Positions 10,180-22,262 of a stretch of 64,000 nucleotides of DNA are shown here, in pieces. Location: contig NIVC01000251.1 in NCBI GenBank assembly GCA_002269645.1, forward strand, positions 124,001 to 188,000. Direction: 5' to 3'. The position numbers and the translations under genes are program-made. Every line of letters begins with the position of its first letter. Position 1 is the stretch's first letter. The notes beneath the pieces were generated by a model. That model was not told the origin of the DNA. It saw nothing but the letters and a program-made list of their open reading frames with translations, and searched no databases. The stretch is from Macrostomum lignano (lineage: Eukaryota).

Positions 10180-10890
10180 TTACTTTCGTATCCTTCTTGG
10201 GGCTTTCGACCGCTTCTTTGATTCGTTGGCTGCTACTAGTTTCGATTGATGCTGTCGCTTTCTGGCCTGATTTTTAGGCACCTTTGGCTGCTTCTCCTTG
10301 ACAAGCTTTGGTGGTTTCTTTGCTTTCTTGCTTACTTTCTTGGCGCCTACCTTGATTTTTGGAGGTGGCGTCCAATAGCAACGATCGAATGCCTGTTTGG
10401 CTTCTTCGACAAACTGTAGCTGTTGAATTTTTGGCATTGCGGTCAAAACAGCGTCTCGAATCACGGCCGTGTCGAGAGTAAACAGAATCCTGTAGTAGCC
10501 GCTCTTGTTTTTGTAATCCTCTACAGGCAGTCCGTTTTGGTCGTACATTTTAAAGTCGTGAGCCAGCCCAAACGCTGCACTGTCACCTCCAAACGCTGGG
10601 TTGTAGCCCAGCAGAGCTAGACTTTCGCTGGAAAGGTGCTCCGCCACAGTGTTGAAAGTGTAGGGTATGCAGCTCTCAATGTGTTTTTGTGCAATGATGA
10701 TGAATTCGCGACCTTCGTTGTCAGTACGCACGCCCTTGACGATCAAAACAGGGACCGCATTGGCCAAGTAGAGAGGTCCCTGTTCGTCATATTCAATGTC
10801 AAACGTTTCAACCCCGTTGAAGCTCGGACCTCGCGGTTTGAGTGCCAGCAGCTCTCGCTTGACGCAGTTGAAGTCTTGCACTGTCTCCAT
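10180..10890 (-). CDS. Hypothetical protein; beta-rich core plus lysine-rich tail (possible ssDNA-binding protein)
   Basis: Intact 236-aa ORF with a TATATAAG box ~65 nt upstream. Function is inferred only. Confidence 0.55.
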   Translation of the reverse strand: METVQDFNCVKRELLALKPRGPSFNGVETFDIEYDEQGPLYLANAVPVLIVKGVRTDNEGREFIIIAQKHIESCIPYTFNTVAEHLSSESLALLGYNPAFGGDSAAFGLAHDFKMYDQNGLPVEDYKNKSGYYRILFTLDTAVIRDAVLTAMPKIQQLQFVEEAKQAFDRCYWTPPPKIKVGAKKVSKKAKKPPKLVKEKQPKVPKNQARKRQHQSKLVAANESKKRSKAPRRIRK

Positions 10891-10905
10891 GTCTCTTGTC
10901 TGTTT

Positions 10906-11165
10906 AGAAAAATTTGCAGGTACGGGCGCTTGCAGATGCTCCGGGCTGGTGCTTATATACCCGAGAGTCTCAATAAGTTTTTGTTTTAATTACACGATAA
11001 CGAGCTTTTTACAGAGTTGTCGTTATCGAGGATTCCGGAAAAAATGAACCTTTTGTTCCTATTTTCGGGTGCTGGCGTTGGAGGTGTGCTGAAATCCTTG
11101 CTCCAAGTTGCTGGTAGTTCAAGCTTTGGCGGCCTGTTCCTCTTGTGCTTTGGCAGCCAAAAATT
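10906..11165 (-). promoter_or_regulatory. TATA-containing upstream cassette, copy 1
   Basis: ~260-bp direct repeat of 11599-11851. Minus strand GGGTATATAAGCACC lies upstream of the ATG at 10890. Confidence 0.6.
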
Positions 11166-11196
11166 CCAAATCTTTTGTTGCTCCTCCCACGACGGA

Positions 11197-11520
11197 TTAT
11201 TCAGATCTTGATGGTTCCGAAAAAATTTTTTGGCGATGCTCTTCACTTAGTATCGGAGTCAGTAATCTTTCCATTCGTGCTAAATCAGCTTTGAATCTCA
11301 TTTTGTCCCGTAGTTGCTCATTTATCCTGGCTGCTGCGTAGTCTTGGCTGTCGTAGGGGCCTTGATCAATTTCCTCGACCTTGGCATTGAAGGTGACTAA
11401 TCGCTCGGAAATCGGTTTGCTGTGGCAAATGCACAACCAGTCAGCAGATTTTTTCAAGGCCTCATATTCGTCTTTTTTCTTGTTCGATAATAGGGGGTAG
11501 TCTCTGGAAATCCAGCTCAT
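11197..11520 (-). CDS. Hypothetical protein (107 aa)
   Basis: ATG-initiated ORF directly downstream of TATA cassette copy 2; no recognised motif. Confidence 0.45.
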   Translation of the reverse strand: MSWISRDYPLLSNKKKDEYEALKKSADWLCICHSKPISERLVTFNAKVEEIDQGPYDSQDYAAARINEQLRDKMRFKADLARMERLLTPILSEEHRQKIFSEPSRSE

Positions 11521-11598
11521 TTCTCGTCAAGCACTTGCTGCGTTGTTCGCACTAGTGGTGGGGATGTTATTCGAGCTTGAAAAACTGCCGAGAATCCG

Positions 11599-11851
11599 AG
11601 AAAAATTTGCAGGTACGGGTGCTTGGTGCCCCGGGTTGGTGCTTATATACCCGAGAGTCTCAATAAGTTTTTGTTTTAATTACATGTTAACGAGCTTTTT
11701 ACGGTGTTGTCGTTATCGAGGATTCCAGAAAAAATGAGACTTGTACCTATTTTCGGTGCTGGCGTTGGAGGTGTGTTGAAATCCTTGCTCAAAGTTGTTG
11801 GCAGTTCATGCTTTGTCGGTCTGATCCTCTTGTGCTTTGGCAACCAAAATT
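11599..11851 (-). promoter_or_regulatory. TATA-containing upstream cassette, copy 2
   Basis: Direct repeat of 10906-11165 with the same TATATAAG box. Confidence 0.6.
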
Positions 11852-12120
11852 GCTTGTCAAACACTGCGTTTTCCACATGATTGGGTTGTTAATTGAACTT
11901 GGTGAATTTAGATAAACGGCCGAGAATCCAAATTTTCTTATTTATAGTTTGCTGTCTGAACAAAGTTGGTTTGGCATCTTGTCAAACGAGAATATTTCAT
12001 CCATAGAAGTTTGTGTTTTCAGACCTTGATGACGTGTCTGGCTATAAAGTTAGCATTGTGGCTCGACCGGGTTGTTGCGTAACACTGCTACAGGTAGCTA
12101 TAGCGGCCAGCGCAGGGCAG

Positions 12121-12614
12121 AGGGGTGGACAGCGGCGATTTACTGGCTGACTGACTCATCATGCCTCCGCGTGGGGCCGCCAATTTTGTGGGGTCACAGA
12201 CAATTCTGTGCGTACACCAATTTTGGGATGGACAGTAAATATGGACAAGTAATAATATGGACAGTTATGGGGTGGGTGGGCGCTCTAATTCTGCCAATTT
12301 TTGGTATATGGACAGTTAATTCTGCGTACACCAATGCTGCATTGTGTGGGGATGGGGGCGCGCGCGCTTCTGCGTACAACAACTGCTACGGTGAAGCGCT
12401 AATTATGCGTACTATATTGTACTGGTCGCTTCTGTACGACACAATGTACACTGATTACATGTATAATTAGATTTACATGAGAGTATAAATGTCTCACATA
12501 ATGACTCTGGACCAATTAGAAGAGGTCTAATGCATTTAGATAGGCGTTGAATTTGCATTGGCTCTGACACCCACCTCACCTCCAAAATCAACCGTTATCT
12601 GCGCATTACGTAGT
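12121..12614 (-). repeat. Right terminal inverted repeat of Polinton-1
   Basis: Reverse complement of 1759-2400, shorter by internal indels. Confidence 0.9.
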
Positions 12615-14200
12615 CTTGATTAAGCCGTTGTATATGTTACCTGTCGACTCTGCAATTCTGCTGTGGGCACTAGAACGGAGTGAGATGGTGCCTGATGATG
12701 GCGACCGAGCTGAGGAAGTCCGTGAACTCACTCGACGCAAATTAATGCCGTGGTAATAATTCGTCTGAAGTCCCAGCGGATAAACAGGCTGCAACACAGG
12801 CAGTCACGGATGAAGATGCTCTATACGTGAATGATCCTTGGCTATGATCTAAGGCCACTTGAAGTAGAAAACGTGGACTGCGATGAAAAATCGTTGAGAC
12901 TGCACCAAACTTAGCTGCCGGCAGCTCTCCGACGCTGTCAATTTGCAGCTGTCGCCATGGACCCGCTGGTACATGTAGCTCTGTCGATGACCATACGACC
13001 TTGATCGGCTTGAACGCATTCTCGGAAAGGACGCAATCGCTACAGTTCCGCAGGAAGGCCTCCACGCAACGGTAGATTCGCGACGACAAGGCAATGCGCC
13101 TTGACCTTTTGCCAATACCGCAATGTCCCTGATGCGTCTCTGCCAGCACAAGGTCGCGGAAGTTACCTGGGATGATCCTCATCCTCGGCTGGTCATCCGT
13201 TGATGTGGTACCCGATGACTCGCTGGAGTTGATTGTCGCTCTTCGTTGCGTCAGCCAGTTGAATGACTAAGATTGGCTGGGCGCTTCTGGCCAGCACCAG
13301 GTTGATGTCGGACTCACTGACTGTACTTTCAATTGCCACCGTAGCCATAGGGAGACAGAAAGTCGAACTGGACGTTGAGCTTGCTGTGGAGGTAATGGAT
13401 GTTTATTGAAGTCGTAAACAAAGAGTCGCTCAATACCAGCACTTGGTTTTCGGTGAGCTCCAGACGCAGGCCAGAGCCTCCCTCTTCGACACAGAGTATC
13501 GGCGCTCGGTGGTCGGAAAATGACAGGCTAATGTGGCGAGGGCGACTTAGCTCTCGGGTCATCGTCGCTGCTAACGCGGAGACAACAGATTCGTGATCTG
13601 CGGTCGAAGAATTTCAGGCACGGTGCTGATGAGATAAGCCGCTAATTCACCTCTCTAAAGGTGGCCTCGAATTTCGCGTCGCAGTTCCATAGCGCTTCCT
13701 TGTACAAGAGCGCTGTCAGCAACTCGGCGACGTGCAGAGACAGGTTCTTGATGTAGAGCAGAAAGAAATTAGAAAAACCGCGAGAAATGAAGCCAAGCCC
13801 TGCTATATTTCCGGGTGCTTTGAGTTGCGGTATAATGGCGGTCTTGATAGGAAGCCATCAACGCCTTTGGTGCCTTCTAAGTTTTGGGTAAAATTGGTTC
13901 AAGAACACCTGACCAACCTGAAGCAAATCAGTAAGTCTACTTACCTTCTTTCTAAGTCCTCTCAGCAACAACGGTAAATCAGGAGACATTCGCTATTCTG
14001 CGACACAGGTGCACGAATTTATCAAGCACTTGAGCAACAAATTCCAGCTTTCAAGACATATTTAGCAACCGCTTCATCCGTTCAACAAGGGATACTTCAT
14101 CAGCGAGACGATGGATGTGACTAGACACCGATCGGAATCCCAAACGGCGAAGAGCGCTCATTTTGTTGATGGAGGCACCTGCTATAAAAATGCTGGTCTC
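12615..14200 (-). pseudogene. Decayed Ty3/Gypsy pol (RT C-terminus, RNase H, integrase)
   Basis: HHCC zinc domain ETHQGHCGI...CSDC, PAGPWRQLQID, SSEFTDFL...RHHLTP, RT-thumb-like IKNLSLHVAELLTALLYKEALW, and PFGI near 14150. Many stops and frameshifts. Confidence 0.8.
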
Positions 14201-14529
14201 TTGTATAATGAACTGAAGTAATTCACACTCAAAATTTCATATCTTCCAATTAGTTTAAGTCACAGAGGCTAATTGGGACCTTTGAAACTTCACAATAGCC
14301 ATCTGGCCTGCTTAAGGTTCTTCTCTCTTCTCTCCTCTTCTACCATATCTCGTCTCATCTCTCATCTTTTTCAGCCTGGTTCACTTTTCAGGATATTTTA
14401 CGCGTGCCAGCGCAATGAGAGGGTTGGGAACAGAGAAGTGAGACGGGGAGGTCTACCACAGAGGCAGTTGTCTCCCTCACACGTTGCCATGGCTACATCA
14501 GTCAGCCGCAGAGCCGCAACAGAAGCAAG

Positions 14530-15657
<1,128 letters not shown>

Positions 15658-16359
15658 ATTTAGCACACGGGCATTGGTGTGGTAGCGATGCCCCTCCAGT
15701 TTTGCTCTACCAACTCCGCGTGACGAAAATTCATGGAACAGTTTTGATTTTGTTTGCATTTTTCTCCCCGTGTGTGAATTTGAATGAAGCGAGCTTCATG
15801 AGGATTCAAAGTCAGTTTAACATGGGTAAAACAGAGTTTGGAAGATGATGGTGATGAGGACGCACCTTTTTTTCAATCTTAGAACTGCACGTTTTGCTTC
15901 GATGCGCTTTTCCCCTACTGTCAGTAGGCTAGCTTAGGAATCTCTCTCCATTCTCTCATCCAGGCTAAGTTCTACACTAATTTATGCCACCACTATTAGT
16001 TATGATTAATACTCAATGTACTTCTCTTAGGATTCTAATTTTGGATTGTTTACGCATCTTTGAAGGTCAGACTGTCTGGGTCTGAGACGGATTGACCTCT
16101 AGCAGTCTAGACGGGCGACACTAAGTCTGGGAGGAATGGTTTCAACCCCATTCTGACCCCCAGATTTGCGGCTTTTTCACTGTTTTCAGTGATTTATGGC
16201 TGTCTAGCTGTCACTTTTGGCTCCAGCCTGTCTGGGTCAAAGAGGTCTTTCCAGCTTTCTCCCCACTCGCTCTGTTACTTGCTCCTGTTTACTTTCTCTT
16301 GTTTTGCTGTCACTTCTGACGCCAGAGTGTCTAGACAAGTGGCTTTCATTATTTTCTGC

Positions 16360-17970
16360 GCATGATTTATGACGGCACATGTCATCTTCCCTGGGGTCTG
16401 AAGGCCACCTCGTGGGTGGGTTTTGGGGTCTTGAGCTCAGCCAATCAGAGTCGACCTGACTGCCCCCGGCTCGACCAATCAGAAAATTCGGCGCCTATTT
16501 TAACAAAAGCTCTCAGCCAATCGGAAATTTCGGCGTGCGTTATAACAAATCGGCCGCGTGGGAGCTATAAAAGGCGGCAACTCGAACCGCGCTCGAGACA
16601 CTTGTTGTTTTCTCACGGGACTTTTGCGAACTGTTCTGTTACTCACTGGCCTTTGATGCCCGGTTTTTGTCCCTGCCAAGGCCTTCTGGGGCGCTCGACT
16701 TGGCCGGATACTGCCTTCAGGCTCTTCCCCCTTGCGATCCTGCCGACCTGATCCTCCTTCCCCCGGCAGTTTCGGCTTCAACAGCTAAGTTCCCCCTGAG
16801 AAGCATCATCAATATCTCCCGGCAGTGATCTAAGAACAGCAACGACAACCGGCAAGTGAAGAGCAACAGCGTCACGCGTCAGTTAAGATCAGCAGCAGCA
16901 TACCATCTGAGTGCTTCGGTCTCTGTGGATTCCTTGGCCACCGGCAGATATGTCCTCTGATTGGTTTGGTGAGAGGCTCTCTTGACCTGCTTAACTGAGT
17001 GCACCCTTTGTCTGACCCCTTCCTAGGTAGTCTGATAGGATTTGCACTTTTGGTTACTTGCTTTTGTGTGCCAATCTCGAGGCAGAAGTGTCAGTTAATA
17101 TTAAAAGTAGCCATTTGCTCTAACTCAATCTAAAGTGTCTAGGATTGCGGATTAAGTGAGAAAGTTAAATCTGGAAGTTAAAGACAGCATTTTCTTTCTT
17201 TTTCGCAATGCCAGCTGAAATGTGCGGCTAAATCTAGAGGCAGAGGTCACGGTGGACCGGAAGCGGCACAGTTCCCAGTCAATCAGTCGATCTAAGAAAT
17301 CATTATGTTAAGCATGCAAATTAAGTGCCAGACTGGCGCTTTGGCGCGGTCACAGGCAGTCAAGCGGCTAAAGTAAGTTAAATATTAGTCTAAAGATCTC
17401 CGAAAGTGACAATGCATCTACATCATCGCTATCTGTCGACGTGTTAACACATTTAGTGCCATTAGAGTGCAGTTACGTGTACTTTTACATGTACTTCTGG
17501 GAATTTGGTAAAGAAATAGTACATTTAGTAGTGTATAGAGGCCCGCCAGCGCAAGAACCCCCTGCAGAAGTCCTCTCTGTCCCTGCATGGCCAATGCGAT
17601 CTTAGTCCCAGCAGCGTCCCTTCTATTCGGCTATGACTTCGAGATAGACAGCTAAAAGACACTAGAGGCAGGTAAGTGCAGTGCCCCTCTAGTCGCAAGT
17701 CCGATTTCGATAGCTCCGGTTTGGTGAGCCGGGGCGCACGGGCTGGTGGCAGCGGGTTAGTTAATCTGCGGATTAGCTAATCTCTACCTTTCAAATTCTC
17801 CCTGCTTGTCTCTCGCTGTCTTCTCCTAGCTATAGGACCTTGCTGCTCGCCCACAATCTAGCTACCATGGGGCTGACCATCTGACAGGAGTGAGAGGCCA
17901 GAGTTCTAAGTGATTCATTTCTGAATTCTGAGGCCCGAAGCCATGGGCTTAAAAAGGCCGAACCCATCAA
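16360..17970 (+). repeat. Non-coding interspersed repeat copy A (promoter + intron; LTR/leader-like)
   Basis: Homologous throughout to the reverse complement of ~61480-62950. CCAAT boxes at 16441, 16475 and 16517; TATAAAA at 16566. Confidence 0.75.
16439..16572 (+). promoter_or_regulatory. Triple CCAAT box + TATA Pol II promoter
   Basis: AGCCAATCAG, ACCAATCAG and AGCCAATCGG, then CTATAAAAG. The arrangement is conserved in copy B. Confidence 0.65.
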
Positions 17971-18089
17971 TGGGAACAGGAATGCATTCAGATAATGAGT
18001 GAAAGCAAAGTACAACGATGGCAGAGGGAAGGCAAATCCCGAGATAAAGGGATAGACGATGAGAGGGAGATAGGTGAATGGCGAGTGAG

Positions 18090-18440
18090 AGCCTGAAACG
18101 GGAGAGACAGAAAAGAAGTGGAAAGTAGAAGGGAGGGAAAGAGGGAGAGTAGATTAAGGAGTGGAGAACGATTTCAGAGGTTTAAGAGGGAGAGGGTTGG
18201 GAGATGGGGAGGAAGAGTGGGCGAGATAAGGGGAGAGGGGGAGAGGGGAAGAGGGAGGGAGAGAAGGAGAAAGGGGAAGAGAGAGAAAAGGGGGAGGGAG
18301 AGGAGAGGGAGAGAGGGGAGGGAGAGAGAGGAGGGAGAGAGGGAAGGGAGAGAGGGGAGGGAGAGAGGGGAGGGAGAGAGGGGAGGGAGAGAGGGGAGGG
18401 AGAGAGGAGAGGGAGAGAGGGGAGGGGAGGGGCAGGAGAT
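18090..18440 (+). repeat. Polypurine (GGAGA/GAGGG) low-complexity tract
   Basis: Almost pure A/G sequence over ~300 bp. Confidence 0.9.
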
Positions 18441-18861
18441 GAAGCCAATCAGAGGCCGCAGTCTGCACATCAATGAATCGCAGTCCCAGCGGTGGCAGCC
18501 AAAATCTACCATGGGAGTTTCTATGCTGTTGTATACGTCGTATGCAGCATATTTTTCTCAATGTTGATGGCGCAGCACTGTGGTTATAATTACAGAGCAC
18601 GGCTGTCATCGAAGATATCTAATTAGAGCAGTGGCTCATTCTTCACTGAAGCTACCGAGGCTCAATGAAAAAATAGTTTTGCAGAGAGCAGGGCAGAGAA
18701 CGCACTCTGCAATATAGAGTGCTCTGAGCTGGGAGCTGACCGAGTGACCAGCGATTCGCTGCTTTTAGTTTCAGCTGCTGCTAAAAATTGGCTGCGGATT
18801 GCCTCGCTGTACAGGGCTGCGTCAGCATCAGGGTTGAAACTTCTCGCTCCCTCATACCCCA

Positions 18862-18930
18862 ACCGTGTAGTGGCCTAGTGGCTACCGTATTCGCTTTTGT
18901 GTGGGCGCGACCTGGGTTCGATTTCGCTGG
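18862..18930 (+). other. tRNA-derived SINE head or tRNA pseudogene
   Basis: A box TGGCCTAGTGG (18871) and B box GGTTCGATTTC (18915) at tRNA-like spacing; no clean acceptor stem. Confidence 0.55.
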
Positions 18931-21029
18931 TTGAGATGTGGGTGAGAGAGTTGGAGAGGCTAGGTGAGGGGTAGGGCGTGAGGTAGAGGGTGCTTGCGGG
19001 GTACGTATCGTTGACTACATATCGGTGTACACACATATCGGGGGAGTGTACCTTTGGCTCGGGAGGGGGCGCCTACGGCATGGGCGCCTGCGGCATGGCC
19101 GGCGCCTGAATGGCGCTTGGCGCCACGCGCCTGCGGCGCGCGCGCCAGCCAATGAGAGGCGAGGAGGGTTGACACCCACCCCACCTCCAAAATCGACAGA
19201 TACGCAAGTCCTTAGTAGTGCTGAACCCTGACATACTCAGACTGAGACATCTCTTCCTGGCAGAGACAATAACTACGAGAGTGACATTCAGAAAGCTGCT
19301 ATGCAGTGCGAGCCTGAACTCAGTGTGTTGTATTGCAGTCCTTGTCCGTTCGTCGTGAACTCAATTTACTTTGCTGAAGTGTTGTGCTGGAAATAAAGAT
19401 TACCAGATGGCCTTCCTGCGTCATTTTTCAAGCTCTCGAAAGCTCTCTTGTACAGTCCTCCGACCAGATAAAAGAAGTGGTGGGCTTCCGCAGACGGTTC
19501 AATGGTGCATTAACTTTGGAAGAAAATTCAGGAATGAGACGTCCAAAAAATGACTAGCCCCAAAAACTGCTCGACCTCCGAAGAAAGTGATCTCATTGCA
19601 TGAGTCAGAGTACTTTCTCGTTGACACTGACTTTCTTCTCTGCCAGCCTCGACTCGTCTTAACCGAGGTCTGCAGTCGCTTACTAAGCCAGTCGGCATTC
19701 TCAGCAAGATAAGATCTAGAACATCATCTTGATAAAATAAGTGACATGGAACCCACACAATCTCTTTGAATCCACTGCACCAGATGCCAGTCCAGTGGAA
19801 TACATGTACACTATAGTAACTTGTCATACTATGAGTAGTGCCATAGGCGCACTTGTGTATGTTTATTACATTTCGTGCGGGGAGTCAACGGATTGCAACT
19901 GCAGAGAATTGAGCAATCGTGCAGAAAATCTTTTTTCTCAATTGAGCAAAAGAGAAGAAACGTTGTTGCAAAGAGGGCTTTTTATGAAGAATGTCTTTCA
20001 GTAAGCAAGCAGTGAGACAGCTGCAGATGTGCTAGCTGGTAGTTGGAGTCTATACTGATAATCCACGCGAGGGACGCCTGCGGGAAGTGCCGGCATGAGG
20101 GCAGGGAGCTGAGTCTGCCGATACTGTGGGTGAGTGAGCTGAGTTTTGAGTCTTTAGTCTCTGACTGCTGCATTACCTTGTCGATCTCTTGAACGGCATA
20201 TCAAGGAGCCCTGAGACCTCCTGGAGGACTTCCAGCGCAGAGTCGACGGCTCCATCTGCAGCTTCAACCGTGGCTGGTCGGAGTACATGAACGTCAGCGG
20301 ATTCGTTGAGAGCGAGAGAGTCTCAACTACTGGATGGGGCTGAAGCAGCTGCACCAGCTCACCGCCGCTGCAGTGTGGAGAGTCCACTGGGAGTCAGCGA
20401 CTGAAACGGCACCTGGTACTGGGCTGAGAATGCTCCGTTTTCTGTTGGCCCAGCGGCTAACAAAAGTACAGCTGTGCTCGATGGGATCGCTGGACGCGAG
20501 CAGGTTGAGTGTCAGACTGCAAACTGATTGGTGCTGGTCTCTGGTCGAGAGAGGTCCGCCGGCTGGTGGTACGATCAATGCACTTTTATCAGCTCCAACG
20601 GAGTGTTCCGGCCTGCTTCTAAGCGTAGGAATGTACTATCATCTGCCCTGATGCTGGCCTTGGAGCTGACGCTATACTCCTCGATGAAGATCGAACTTCG
20701 AATGCTTGATTCGCCAGTGATGACGGAGAGCCAATCCGTGTAGCTAAAAAACTGCAATTGATTGATAAAACTTAACAGTCTTAACTGTTATTCTAGACAG
20801 CTGACGGCTGCCTACATGTAGTATGTCAGGTCGAGAGCTCTGATGCCTATTATGAACTTTCGGTTAGGTTAGTCAATAATGCCCATAGGAGCTGGCCTTG
20901 TGAAGGATTATAATTTCGGCAATGAGAAATTTCGGTCTAGAACTGCCCATTTTTATCAACAAAAGCGCTCTAAATCACGAAATTTTTTGTAAAAAGATAT
21001 TATAAATGAAAAATATATTAGTTATACTC

Positions 21030-21710
21030 TAATTTGTTTTAATGTGTAGCGCTGCGGGGGCGCCCGGAGCGGTGTTCTCCCTAAAACACGCACCGCACCG
21101 CCCCGAACCGCTACACATTATAGCATTTTTTGTCAATGCAGTTTTTGATTACAAGAAAACTATTTTTTGTAATAGTAATGGAATCAATAACTTTAGTTAA
21201 TATTTAAAATATTATTATTAGTTTCATTATTCTCGCTTTCATTATTAAATTATATTATTATTATATTATTAATATTATTAATAATATCAATTATTGTTGA
21301 CCAAATTTTATATTTCAAAGTAAAAACTAAATTTAATAAAAACTTGAAGCTTAACAGGAAAACGCATTTTGAAATGCTTCAGTTATAGTCCAATTTGTTT
21401 TAATGTGTAGCGCTGTGAGGCGGTGCGGTGGGTGGTGGGTCTCCCTAAAACACGCACCGCACCGTCCCGAACCGCTACACATTATAACATCTTTTATCAA
21501 TGCAGTATTTGATTGCAGAGAAAACTATTTGTTGTAAGAGTAATGTAACAAATAAATTTAGCTACTATTTTAAGTATTTATTAGTTATCATACTCTTGTT
21601 TTCATTACAAAATTTTATTAATATTGTTTTATTAATATTACTATTAATAACACTTATTATTAACCGAATTTTATATTTCAAAGTAAAAAACTAAATTTAA
21701 TAAAAACTTT
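21030..21710. repeat. Two diverged ~320-bp direct repeats, each with an ~80-nt hairpin
   Basis: TAATGTGTAGCG...CGCTACACATTA at 21040-21120 and 21401-21484, each followed by homologous AT-rich sequence. Confidence 0.8.
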
Positions 21711-22262
21711 ATTAGTGCGCTGAGTCTTTTGCTAGGCCCTTTCTCTGCACTTATGCACTGCACTCTACACTGCACAGCACAGCAGGCATCAGGCATCAGC
21801 GTTTTTCAATTTTCACAGTTTATTTTTTTTTCTATGGCCAACTACAAATATCAGGCGAGGGTATTGCTGGTAAGTTAGGCTGTGCCTAAAGATTGCTACA
21901 TTGAGTTGTTTGTCTAAACATTAACTGCTTTATACAGCAGTTAGTTAGTTAGTTTTTTAGCAGTATCAAACTTAAGTTAGACCTAAAATTTAGGAAGATG
22001 CTTTTTTTTCAATTTTTCTCTGTTTTATTATAATTTGATAAATAAATAATCTTCAACAAGACATACACATTTATTTGAATTTGAAATCAAAATATTAATT
22101 ATCAATTACTACTTTTTTAATGTTTTCTTTTGTTAAGCAAAAGTCTATTCTAAACAAAGGCCTATAGATAGTCAATAAATGTAGGCCCAACTAGCCTATG
22201 GTTAGCTCATATAGGATTAAACTTCATATAATGTCAAAATCTAAAAACTAAGGGCAATTTTT

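Larger units (their letters stand above)
1759..12614 (-). mobile_element. Polinton/Maverick (adintovirus-like) element lacking pPolB
   Basis: Perfect terminal inverted match ACTACGTAATGCGCAGATAACGG...CCGTTATCTGCGCATTACGTAGT, flanked by direct repeat CTTGAT (1753-1758, 12615-12620). A 6-bp TSD is typical of Polintons. Contains ATPase, protease, MCP, penton and integrase genes. Confidence 0.93.

Noticed and set aside
8404-12120. Possible hidden pPolB remnant
   Set aside because: No PolB motifs (DxxSLYP, KxxxNSxYG, YxDTDS) were found in any listed ORF, and the space is taken up by other genes.
12072-12470. 132-aa ORF and mirrored 66-aa ORF at 1963-2163
   Set aside because: Both lie in the TIRs, are disrupted differently in the two copies by indels, and show no motif.
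18118-18609. Several E/G/R- and S/P/L-rich ORFs
   Set aside because: They arise from the polypurine tract.
19200-20760. Possible degenerate transposase (hAT-like) on the minus strand
   Set aside because: Only short broken ORFs with no convincing catalytic or dimerisation motif.
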